From positions 1 through 31,802 of the IMG/VR virus record IMGVR_UViG_3300023179_006609: 31,802 nt of DNA, one strand, 5' to 3'. The stretch comes from a virus (lineage: Duplodnaviria > Caudoviricetes). The position numbers were made by a program, and so were the translations under genes. This document shows, one piece after another, positions 17,919 to 26,696 of this stretch (its first letter is position 1; each line of letters opens with the position of its first letter). The notes below the pieces were generated by a model. That model saw only the letters and a list, made by a program, of their open reading frames with translations, had not been told where the DNA came from and did not search any database.

Positions 17919-19103
17919 ATGAAATCTGTACTACTTAGAGCACCTCTTTTGGTTCATGCAGGCTACGGTGTTCACGCCCGTCAAATCGCTCGCTGGCTTT
18001 TTCGTGTGGCAACAGAAACACACCAACTAGACATTACAACTGAACCTCTTGGTTGGGGTAAAACTCATATGATTGTTGATACTGAAGCAGAAGATGGTCT
18101 TATTGGACAAATTCTTCAAGCAGCAGGAAACAAAAAGAACTTCTATGATGTAACCATTCAACTTCAACTTCCAAATGAATGGAATCCTTTTCTTGGAACG
18201 TTTAACGTTGGGGTAACAGCAGGTGTAGAAACCGATAAGTGCAATCCAGCTTGGATTGAATGCATTAATCGTATGGATATGATTATTGTTCCAAGCGAGT
18301 TCACAAAGCAAACTTTCCTAAACACAGGAGAAGTAACAGTTCCAATTATCGTTGTGCCAGAAAGCTTTCCAGATGGTTTGCTATCCGAAGCTATTAGTGT
18401 AGACCTTGGCTTATCAACCAAGTTTAACTTTCTTGTTGTTGGTCAACTCACTGGTAACAACACAGAAAATGATCGTAAAAACCTTCCTTATACAATGAAG
18501 TGGCTGGCTGACGCATTCGTAGATTGTCCTGACGTTGGTATCGTTGTTAAAACAAACTCTGGCGCACAAACACAACTCGACAAGCAAAACATTAGGAATA
18601 TCTTTTCTAAGTTGGTTGGAGAAATTGTTGGACCAAAGAACAAAGGACCAAAGTTTTATCTACTTCATGGTCATATGACAGATGAAGAAATGCATGGACT
18701 TTATACACATCCAGACATCAAGGCTCTTGTAACTTTTACCCACGGCGAAGGATATGGTTTACCTATTGTAGAAGCTGCTGCTTGTGATCTACCCATTATT
18801 GCAACAAATTGGAGCGGTCATTTAGAGTTCCTTAAGCATGGAAGATTTATTCCTGTAGACTATAATTTGATGACAATTCCTGCATCTAGAGTTGACAATC
18901 AAATTTTTATGAAGGATGTAAAGTGGGCTAATCCTGTTGAACTTGATGCCAAACAACGATTAAAGAAGTTTTATTCTGGCTCACAGATTCCAAAGCAATG
19001 GGCAACCGAGCTTGGAACAAAAATCCGAGAACATTATTGTTTTGATGCTGTAGCTCGTATTTATTCAGAAGTGTTGAATGAGCATTTGAAAGAAGAACAA
19101 TGA
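17919..19103 (+). CDS. GT4 family glycosyltransferase
   Basis: AGYGVHAR, IVPSEF, DRKN, GEGYGLPIVEAAACDLPIIATNWSGH. Confidence 0.9.
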   Translation: MKSVLLRAPLLVHAGYGVHARQIARWLFRVATETHQLDITTEPLGWGKTHMIVDTEAEDGLIGQILQAAGNKKNFYDVTIQLQLPNEWNPFLGTFNVGVTAGVETDKCNPAWIECINRMDMIIVPSEFTKQTFLNTGEVTVPIIVVPESFPDGLLSEAISVDLGLSTKFNFLVVGQLTGNNTENDRKNLPYTMKWLADAFVDCPDVGIVVKTNSGAQTQLDKQNIRNIFSKLVGEIVGPKNKGPKFYLLHGHMTDEEMHGLYTHPDIKALVTFTHGEGYGLPIVEAAACDLPIIATNWSGHLEFLKHGRFIPVDYNLMTIPASRVDNQIFMKDVKWANPVELDAKQRLKKFYSGSQIPKQWATELGTKIREHYCFDAVARIYSEVLNEHLKEEQ

Positions 19104-19423
19104 TAGGTTATTTTTTAGCGTTCTTACTTGCAATCGCTTTAGGTTTTGTAATTTACCACGCCTTTAGATGGGCTAAAATCATTTTCATTTTAGAAGATGA
19201 TCTTGCCGATGCGATTGAGATTCATGAAAGAACATTAGAAACATTGGAAGCTATCGTTAAAACTCCTATGTTTTTTGACAATCCACAAACAAAAGCAGCG
19301 GTTGATGAAGCAATGGAAAATGTAAAAATGTGTCAAACCGCAACGCACAAGCTTATTCAAAACTTTACACAACGAAGCAAGCAACGCTATATTCGGCTTG
19401 TAGATGAAGACGAGGGCGAATGA
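19100..19423 (+). CDS. Small membrane-anchored hypothetical protein
   Basis: N-terminal hydrophobic helix IGYFLAFLLAIALGFVIY followed by a helical soluble part; ATGA overlaps on both sides. Confidence 0.65.
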   Translation: MIGYFLAFLLAIALGFVIYHAFRWAKIIFILEDDLADAIEIHERTLETLEAIVKTPMFFDNPQTKAAVDEAMENVKMCQTATHKLIQNFTQRSKQRYIRLVDEDEGE

Positions 19424-20157
19424 TTCCAACAGGTAAAAAGCTAATCAAACGCAAGCCAAAAGGCGGGGCAGCTCCACAAGAGTTTTATTTCAATGCTAAC
19501 ACTCAACAAGCTATTGTTGATTACAAAGCTGAAACAATACCTTCCAAACGCAACGACATATACGTTCGTGAAATACTTCCAGCTTTTAACAAGCTTGTGG
19601 AAAACTTGATTAACGTTTATGGTTTTCAAATTCAATATGAAAGCAAAGCAGATTTGCAAAATGAATGCATCGAGTTTTTGTATGGTGTAATTACAAAGTT
19701 TGATGCAAGTAAAGGCACCAAAGCATTCTCATACTTCAATGTTGTTGCAAAACATTGGTTAATCATTAAAAGCAAACAAAGTGTTCGTAATGTTCATGTG
19801 TTTACTTCTATTGATGATACTGAAGCCTTGTCTCAACATGACTTGGAAACAATAGAAAATCATAGTGTTTCACCGTCTCCAGAAGAAAGTTTGGTAGAAG
19901 AATGCGATCACCAAAAAATCAAAACAATATTGGAGTTTATTTCTTCAAAAGCCATAACTGATAACGAACTTGAATGTCTTAAGGGAATTAACTTGTTGTT
20001 TAGCAACGTTAACGAACTTGATTTTCTTAACAAACGTGCTGTAATGCTTTATTTAAGAGAAATAACCAACCTTTCGCCCAAGCAACTTAGTGTTGTGCTT
20101 TCTCTTATGAAACGTCATTACAAAGCAGCCAAAGAAGAATATGAACGAATTGATTGA
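19420..20157 (+). CDS. Phage RNA polymerase sigma-like factor (putative late sigma)
   Basis: Sigma region 2-like ADLQNECIEFLYGVITKFDASKGTKAFSYFNVVAKHWL; lies just upstream of the virion genes. Confidence 0.7.
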   Translation: MIPTGKKLIKRKPKGGAAPQEFYFNANTQQAIVDYKAETIPSKRNDIYVREILPAFNKLVENLINVYGFQIQYESKADLQNECIEFLYGVITKFDASKGTKAFSYFNVVAKHWLIIKSKQSVRNVHVFTSIDDTEALSQHDLETIENHSVSPSPEESLVEECDHQKIKTILEFISSKAITDNELECLKGINLLFSNVNELDFLNKRAVMLYLREITNLSPKQLSVVLSLMKRHYKAAKEEYERID

Positions 20158-20566
20158 TGACATGACAAACTTTGAAGACATAGAAAAAGACAACCCAGCA
20201 GGGCGAGAATTGATCAAAAAAACCGATCAAGATCTTGCCGTGTTTTCAGAGTTGTTGGATTCAATTACAACAATAGACGAACGTTTAAAGCTTTTGTGGA
20301 AACAAATCTACGAAAACGCTTTGATCGATAGAAGAAACGCTTATATGATTTGGACCGACTTATACGTTCAAGTTCATGGTAATGCTGAACAACATGTTAT
20401 TCATGGCGATCATATGGCAAAATATATGGAACGTATGGAAAAAGCCAACACTCAACTTTTGAAGTTAGCTGAGTTGGTTTATAAGGCCAAGGACAAACAA
20501 GAAGCCGAAGAAATCCCAGATAGTCGTTCTTTGTTCGACAGAATAAAACGTAGTAGCAAGGATTGA
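20141..20566 (+). CDS. Hypothetical alpha-helical protein
   Basis: 141 aa ORF overlapping the sigma gene end; predicted helical; no family recognised with confidence. Confidence 0.6.
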   Translation: MNELIDDMTNFEDIEKDNPAGRELIKKTDQDLAVFSELLDSITTIDERLKLLWKQIYENALIDRRNAYMIWTDLYVQVHGNAEQHVIHGDHMAKYMERMEKANTQLLKLAELVYKAKDKQEAEEIPDSRSLFDRIKRSSKD

Positions 20567-20569
20567 TCG

Positions 20570-22354
20570 ATGCCTAATGAAAACATTAACGTAGGAAGAG
20601 TTTTAGCTGGAGCTACTTCTCCTACATTAGACATGTCTAAATTGGTGTTAAACAGCCAAGTGGCTGGTTCACCACCGATATTTCAACGTGCAACCGTTGA
20701 AGAAGTTATCTATAATCCAAAAGAATTAACAGTTGAAGATCGTGATCGTATAAAACGTTTGGTTGTTAATCCAGAAGAAGTAGAACAAGCTCCTGCTAAC
20801 AGCGTTATTGCTACTGCAATCTCTGATGGTGTAAGCGACTCTACTCCAATCAAGATTCTTATTGCTCCTTTTTTTCAAAGCCATTTCATGCTTCCCATAC
20901 AAGTTGGAGAGCAAATAACAATTGTTTTTGAAGACTTTCAAAAATACGGTTGGAAAGGTTCAAAATGGCTTACACGAACACCAGAAGGTTTGCCTGTAGA
21001 AGATCCAAACTTTACACACAACGATAGAAGATTCAATCAAGAATATTTTGAGTCTCGTCGTGTTAGCCAATCATTAAACAGAAGCAGCAGCTTATATGTT
21101 CCGTATTTTCCAAACGGAGGAAATGAAAGCAACACAACAACGTTGCCGCAAGATGGTGCAACAAATCCATATGATACCATATATCAACTATCACGTTCTG
21201 GTAGCTTGCAACACGCTTATGAAGTAGTTCCTCGTTGGACAAAAAGACCACAAGAGTTTGTTATTCAAGGCATGAATAACTCATTAATCATGCTTGGCAG
21301 AGATCGTGTTGGGTATGTTACAAGCTCTGCTATAGAACAAAAAAACTATGCTGGTGCAATTGATATCGTTACTGGTAGAAGTCGTTATATATTAGATCCA
21401 TCAGATCGTTCTATTCCTTCTGCTCAAGCTTCTCATAAAGGTACAAGCCCTTTTGTTGTTACAAACTCTCGTGGATTAAAAGAAGTAGATAAAACTCCTA
21501 GATTGAATGGTAGGGTAGAACAACTCAAAGAAGGTGATCCAGATTTTGTTCATGATGCTGCAAGAATATATGTCAGCATGAAAACTCTTGGCGACACCAA
21601 TTTCAAAACAGCAAAAACAACACAAGGAGCAGTTAACGACGCATTAAAACCAGAAGGCATCAACTATAGTCCCAATGGTTTATACCCAGTTCAGTTTTCT
21701 TCTTCTAGTGCTAATGTTGGTAGTTCTTACATCGTTAACAAAGCCGATCATATTCGATTGATCGCAAGACGATCTGTACCAAACGAAGATAGTTTGGGTG
21801 ATGTTATTTCTGGTTCTGTGTTGATTTTGAAAGAAGGTAAAAACAGAACACCAGAAGATTTAGATGCACAAGCTGCTGGAACAGATCATTTAGCTTTTAT
21901 GTATATGTCTCCAGAAGGCAGAATCCAAATCGATGGAATGCAAATCTTTCTTGGTGGAGCAGCATTAAGTGGATCGAATCCAACTCAACAACCTGTTCCT
22001 GATCGTCCCAGAAACAAACAAGGTGCCACAGGCGAACTAAATGTTGGGGACGCAAATGAATTTGCTGGGACCGAGCCTTATATCAAATGGAGCGAGTTTA
22101 AACGAGTTGTTGAAGGCTTACAAAGGCAAATAAGCGCATTGCAAACAGCTTATAGTCAGTTGGTTGATAATTTCGGACGATGCGCCACTTCAACTAGTAT
22201 ATGCACTCACGGCGGACCAGATTTAGCGTGGGGAACATTGAAATCAGATTGCGAAGGCAATCGATCAGCATTAAACAACAAAGTAGAAGATGCTAGACAA
22301 AAAACAAACGAAGCTGTTTATAAGTCTCGAAGTTCTAAAATCTTTGGTCAATAG
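20570..22354 (+). CDS. Baseplate central spike/hub protein (gp5/VgrG-like OB fold)
   Basis: APFFQSHFMLPIQVGEQITIV (P..GE.V OB-fold motif), IQGMNNSLIMLG and KADHIRLIAR beta strands; upstream of the gp25/gp6-like genes. Confidence 0.65.
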   Translation: MPNENINVGRVLAGATSPTLDMSKLVLNSQVAGSPPIFQRATVEEVIYNPKELTVEDRDRIKRLVVNPEEVEQAPANSVIATAISDGVSDSTPIKILIAPFFQSHFMLPIQVGEQITIVFEDFQKYGWKGSKWLTRTPEGLPVEDPNFTHNDRRFNQEYFESRRVSQSLNRSSSLYVPYFPNGGNESNTTTLPQDGATNPYDTIYQLSRSGSLQHAYEVVPRWTKRPQEFVIQGMNNSLIMLGRDRVGYVTSSAIEQKNYAGAIDIVTGRSRYILDPSDRSIPSAQASHKGTSPFVVTNSRGLKEVDKTPRLNGRVEQLKEGDPDFVHDAARIYVSMKTLGDTNFKTAKTTQGAVNDALKPEGINYSPNGLYPVQFSSSSANVGSSYIVNKADHIRLIARRSVPNEDSLGDVISGSVLILKEGKNRTPEDLDAQAAGTDHLAFMYMSPEGRIQIDGMQIFLGGAALSGSNPTQQPVPDRPRNKQGATGELNVGDANEFAGTEPYIKWSEFKRVVEGLQRQISALQTAYSQLVDNFGRCATSTSICTHGGPDLAWGTLKSDCEGNRSALNNKVEDARQKTNEAVYKSRSSKIFGQ

Positions 22355-22372
22355 TTTAAACTAGTTAACGTT

Positions 22373-23167
22373 ATGCCAAACCGAGACGACTTAGCAAGAA
22401 CGCAAGAAACAACTGCTGCGGCTACACGAGCTCAAATAGAAAATCAAACAAACAAGTTAATAGCACAAGCTCAAATAACCATTATCGAGCAAGCTATCAA
22501 CGCATTGCCTCCACCTGTGAATGCAGGAGCAAGAACTTTGGGCGAAGGCATATACGCAGCGTTTAAAACACCTTTATCTGCTGTTAGTAATCCTAGCCCT
22601 AATCAAGACCCAATAAAACTTATGGCTTTTGCAATTGCGTTCGCAATATTAAGAGCTCTTTGGTGCTTTATAAAAAGCTTGCTTAATCCTATTCCGATTG
22701 TTGGTATATTTTTCCCTCTTTGCAACGATGATCCACAACTTACTGGAAACGATGTTGCAACAAACAATGCTAGAAATGCAGCCAACATTGATGCATCTAA
22801 CTTAGCTGCAAACAACGCTACCAATCAATTTCGAAGCGGAGTAAGTGAAAACGCTGCTAACGAAGCAAAAAAACAAGCAATACAACAAATACCGCAAATC
22901 TCAGGCACTGTTTCTGCTTTAAGTTCAGATATGAACAGTGGAAGCGAAGGAATGACGTTTGACGATTTCGTTGCGAAAACAGTTGTTCCTGCTTCGGTAA
23001 CAACAGATGAAACCAATCCAACGAACGCATTAAGAGGAGAAACAAACCAAAACGAAACTTCGGCTAATATTCCGGTGCAACCAGTTTCTGAACCTAAATG
23101 GCAAGCAACAGACGAATTAACTGAACGTACTTCGTATGAAGCTTATCGTAGATTGTTTGGTTTATAG
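22373..23167 (+). CDS. Hypothetical baseplate-region protein with a hydrophobic segment
   Basis: 264 aa, Ala/Asn/Thr-rich, hydrophobic stretch LMAFAIAFAILRALWCFI. Confidence 0.6.
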   Translation: MPNRDDLARTQETTAAATRAQIENQTNKLIAQAQITIIEQAINALPPPVNAGARTLGEGIYAAFKTPLSAVSNPSPNQDPIKLMAFAIAFAILRALWCFIKSLLNPIPIVGIFFPLCNDDPQLTGNDVATNNARNAANIDASNLAANNATNQFRSGVSENAANEAKKQAIQQIPQISGTVSALSSDMNSGSEGMTFDDFVAKTVVPASVTTDETNPTNALRGETNQNETSANIPVQPVSEPKWQATDELTERTSYEAYRRLFGL

Positions 23168-23176
23168 TTATAGAAC

Positions 23177-23653
23177 ATGAGAAGCTTTAAAAGTGTTGGT
23201 ATTACTTCTGCTGAACTAACAACTCAGGAATCATCTGTAGCTCCCACACCAAAACCAATTGGTATCATAACTCCGTTGCGTTTGGGACAAAACAACGATG
23301 GTTTACTGGGTATGCATTACACCGTTGGTGAAACCATGAAAAACAATCTTCGTGATTTGATTATGACCAACTGGGGTGAAAGATTGGCTTTGTACGATTA
23401 TGGGGCAAACATTGCGCCTTTGGTAACTGAATACGAGTTAGGTAAAGGTGCATTTGATGATGCAGCAATGCAAAGAATATCTGATGCGGTTGGTAAATGG
23501 ATGCCTTATGTTGAATTGGAAAGCTTTGATAGTTCTCAACAAACGTTTGCAAGCAGCCCCGGTTTAGGTGTTGTTGTTATAACGTTAGATTATAGCATAC
23601 CAAGAGCATCGATACCAACATCACGTTTGCAAATAACATTTGCGGTGAGTTAA
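23177..23653 (+). CDS. Baseplate wedge / sheath-initiator protein (T4 gp25-like)
   Basis: MKNNLRDLIMTNWGERL..YDYGANI and I..AVGKWMPYVEL match the GPW/gp25 pattern. Confidence 0.85.
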   Translation: MRSFKSVGITSAELTTQESSVAPTPKPIGIITPLRLGQNNDGLLGMHYTVGETMKNNLRDLIMTNWGERLALYDYGANIAPLVTEYELGKGAFDDAAMQRISDAVGKWMPYVELESFDSSQQTFASSPGLGVVVITLDYSIPRASIPTSRLQITFAVS

Positions 23654-23686
23654 ACTGTTTCATATCTAACATAAGGTGACAATACA

Positions 23687-25549
23687 ATGCCAATCGATAC
23701 CAGACGATCAATCACACAAATCATTAAAGAAAGAAAATATCTTAACAAAGACTTTGATAGTTTTCGTGCTGATTTAGAAGAATACGCACGCATATACTTT
23801 CCAGATCGAATTCAAGATTTTTCTGCAAACGGATTTGGTGGTTTGCTTTTAGAGCTAGCGTCTTATGTTGGTGACGTTCAAAGCTTTTATCTCGATCACC
23901 AATTTGGTGAACTTAATGCTGAAACAGCCGTTGAATCAAAGAACCTTGAAAAGCTTTTAAGAGAAGCTGGAGTTCAAATTGTTGGAGCCGCACCAGCAGT
24001 TCTACCTGTTACATTTTACGTTCGTATCCCTGTTGATACTGATGGTTCGTATAACAAAACAGCTCTTCCTATAATAAAAGAAGGCACAACTGTTAACTCC
24101 AACTTATCAGTTCAATTTCAACTAATCGATGATTTAGATTTCACTGTTACAAAAAGCGACGGAACACCGGGTATAGGTATAAGCTATGTTATTGGTGACG
24201 TTGACAACAACAACAATCCTGCAAACTTTATTTTTTCGGCAACTGGAAATTGTTTGAGTAGCGTTACAACCACTGAATCATTTCCTGTTAATGGATTTGA
24301 ACCGTTTAAAAGATACACACTTCAAAACCGAGACGTAACTGACATTATATCAGTTATTGATAGTGACGGCAACAACTACTACGAAGTTGATTATCTAACA
24401 CAAGATACTGTTTTTAAATCTGTAAGAAATAGAAATCCTGCTTCAACCGCTGCGCCAACCGAACAATATGTTGAAGCTAATTTAGAGATTCAACCAGCAC
24501 CATTTAGATTTTATCGTACAACAGCACTTGCAACACGTTTAACAACATTAACCTTTGGTGGCGGTTCTGGGCAAACAATGAATGACGATCTTGTACCAGA
24601 TCCTTCTGAAGCGGCTTTGCCTTTGTATGGCCGTAAGAACTTTTCTAGGTTTACGATTGACCCAAACAATCTTTTAAGAACATCAACATTGGGAGCTATA
24701 GCTCCAAACGTAACAATCACAGTAACATATCGTGCAGGTGGAGGTTTAAGTCATAATGTACCTCCACAAAGCATTGTAGATATAGCAACGTTGCTAACAG
24801 AGTTTCCAAACAATCCATCATCAGCAATTGCCGCAGATGTTAGAGCTTCTGCTGATGCAAACAACAACGTGTCTGGTGCGGGTGGTGCAGATGCACCAAC
24901 TTTAGATGAACTTCGTATTCAAATCCCAAGTGCTAGAGCAGCACAATCACGCATTGTAAGCAAAGAAGATTTAATGGCAAGAATATATTCATTGCCAGCA
25001 AACTTTGGCCGTGTATATCGTGCTTCGATAAAAAACAATCCTGACAACCCGAACAGTGCTTTGCTTTATATCTTGTGTCGTAACAATTTAAACCAACTAA
25101 TACTAGCTCCAGACCTTCTTAAAAAGAACATAGCAGTATATCTCAATCAATATCGTATGATTTCTGATGCTATCGATATACTAGATGGACGTATTGTTAA
25201 CTTACAAATCAACTATGACATAACAGTTGACCCCACATATAGCCGTCAACTAGTGTTGCAAAACGTACAAAGCAAACTTATTCAATACTTCAATGTTGGA
25301 AACTTTCAAATGGATCAACCATTGATTTTAGACGACATAAGAAACATTATCTATAACAACGTTGGTGTGTTGAGCGTTAGAGGAATAACAGCAACAAACG
25401 TTACAGGCACTGTTGGTGATCGTGTGTATAGCGATGTTCGCTATGATATCACAACAAACTTAATCAACAACTCAATTCTTATTCCACCACCGGGAGGAAT
25501 GTTTGAAATCAAATATGTAGATTTTGATTTAGTTGGTAGAGCGGCTTAG
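23687..25549 (+). CDS. Baseplate wedge protein (T4 gp6 / baseplate J-like)
   Basis: YLNKDFDSFRADL..Y...FPD..DFS, LLELASYVGD, GAGGADAPTLDELR, AQSRIVSKED. Confidence 0.88.
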   Translation: MPIDTRRSITQIIKERKYLNKDFDSFRADLEEYARIYFPDRIQDFSANGFGGLLLELASYVGDVQSFYLDHQFGELNAETAVESKNLEKLLREAGVQIVGAAPAVLPVTFYVRIPVDTDGSYNKTALPIIKEGTTVNSNLSVQFQLIDDLDFTVTKSDGTPGIGISYVIGDVDNNNNPANFIFSATGNCLSSVTTTESFPVNGFEPFKRYTLQNRDVTDIISVIDSDGNNYYEVDYLTQDTVFKSVRNRNPASTAAPTEQYVEANLEIQPAPFRFYRTTALATRLTTLTFGGGSGQTMNDDLVPDPSEAALPLYGRKNFSRFTIDPNNLLRTSTLGAIAPNVTITVTYRAGGGLSHNVPPQSIVDIATLLTEFPNNPSSAIAADVRASADANNNVSGAGGADAPTLDELRIQIPSARAAQSRIVSKEDLMARIYSLPANFGRVYRASIKNNPDNPNSALLYILCRNNLNQLILAPDLLKKNIAVYLNQYRMISDAIDILDGRIVNLQINYDITVDPTYSRQLVLQNVQSKLIQYFNVGNFQMDQPLILDDIRNIIYNNVGVLSVRGITATNVTGTVGDRVYSDVRYDITTNLINNSILIPPPGGMFEIKYVDFDLVGRAA

Positions 25550-25552
25550 TTT

Positions 25553-25602
25553 GTAAAACGTTACCTCCTTACTATATAGTAATAGGAGAGGTAAAGTTTT
25601 AT
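25553..25602 (+). promoter_or_regulatory. Long RBS-sequestering hairpin upstream of the endonuclease
   Basis: The arm GTAAAACGTTACCTCCTTACTAT pairs imperfectly with ATAGTAATAGGAGAGGTAAAGTTTTAT. It is centred on the palindrome TTACTATATAGTAA and covers the SD and the start of the ATG. Confidence 0.75.
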
Positions 25603-26632
25603 GGAATACAAGTACGAAGGTCATTCTCTTAAGTCTGGAATTTATAAGATCACAAATAAACTAAATGGAAGAATCTATATTGGTTCTGCGAAACTTTTCA
25701 AAGTTCGCTGGAATCAGCATTCATCTTCTCTTCGTAATCAAAAGCATCAAAACAAGTTTCTTCAAGCAGATTTTAACAAATGTGGTGAAGATGCATTTCT
25801 ATTTGAAGTTATTGAAGTAACTGAAGACAAATCAAAAGAAGAGCGTTTAATGATTGAAGAAGGTTATATTAACCAATATTATGATAAAGGAAACAACTGC
25901 TACAATCTTTGTGACAGGGCGATTTCAAGGGAGGGGAATCCTAGCAAAGATCCAGAAGCAACAAGGAATAAGCTTAAAGGAAAGACTCCTTGGAACAAGG
26001 GCAAACAAACTGGTATCGAACCGTGGAACAAAGGCAAGACTAATGTATTTGCAGAAGAAACTTTAGAAAAGATTAGGCAAGCGAGAGCGGAGCAAGTTTT
26101 TTCTGAAGAATCGAATAGAAAAAGGGCTGATAGTTTGCGTGGCAGAACTTTTTCTGACGAAGCAAAAGCGAAAATAGGTGCAGCAAACAGTGTTCTTATG
26201 AAGGAGAAGTGGGAAGATCCAGAATATCGTGAATCTCAAATAGAAAAACTAAGGTCGGTAGAACGTGTATATACTGATGAAATGCGAGCTAGAGCGAGTG
26301 AAGCACGCAAAGGAAAGACTCACAGTGTAGAAACGATTGAAAAACTTCAAGAAACAAGGAAGAAACAGTGGGAAGACCCAGAGTTTAGAGAGAAAGTTGT
26401 AAATTCGATGAATAGCCCAGAAGCTATCGAAAACTATAGCAAAGCATCTTCAGCAAGATGGCAGGATGAAGAGTATCGCAAACGCATGATTGAATCGATA
26501 CGAAATTCGATTGACAAAACGCAGAGAGCCGAAACATCAAAAAAACGGTGGGAAGATCCCGAGTATAAAGCAAAAGTTTCTGCTAAAATAAAAGCTTCAT
26601 GGGAAAGACGCAAGGCACAAAAGAGTTCGTAA
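25601..26632 (+). mobile_element. Free-standing GIY-YIG homing endonuclease with NUMOD3-like repeats (Seg-like)
   Basis: SGIYKITNKLNGRIYIGSA...RW..H, catalytic E (MIEEGYI), YNL; PWNKGK twice; GKTHSVETIEKL; inserted between two baseplate genes. Confidence 0.9.
26210..26575 (+). repeat. Four W-[EQ]-D-[PE]-E-[YF]-[RK] peptide repeats in the endonuclease C-terminus
   Basis: WEDPEYRE, WEDPEFRE, WQDEEYRK, WEDPEYKA. Confidence 0.8.
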
Positions 26633-26649
26633 AACCTGCCCTCCTTACT
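26629..26649 (+). repeat. Imperfect direct repeat of 25553-25573, flanking the endonuclease
   Basis: GTAAAACCTGCCCTCCTTACT versus GTAAAACGTTACCTCCTTACT (18/21 identical). Confidence 0.75.
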
Positions 26650-26696
26650 TCTCTAGATTTATATAAAGCAGCTATTTACATCATAGTGGAAAAACT

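Noticed and set aside
4299-19103. Bacterial chromosomal O-antigen or capsule locus
   Set aside because: No wzx, wzy, wzz or kps genes, and the block is contiguous and coupled with phage nuclease, sigma-like and baseplate genes.
20141-20566. Terminase small subunit
   Set aside because: Size and helical character are compatible, but there is no diagnostic motif and no adjacent large subunit.
25550-26696. Group I intron or intein carrying the GIY-YIG ORF
   Set aside because: Both flanking genes look complete with their own stop and start, and the 51 bp and 64 bp flanks are too short for a ribozyme core.
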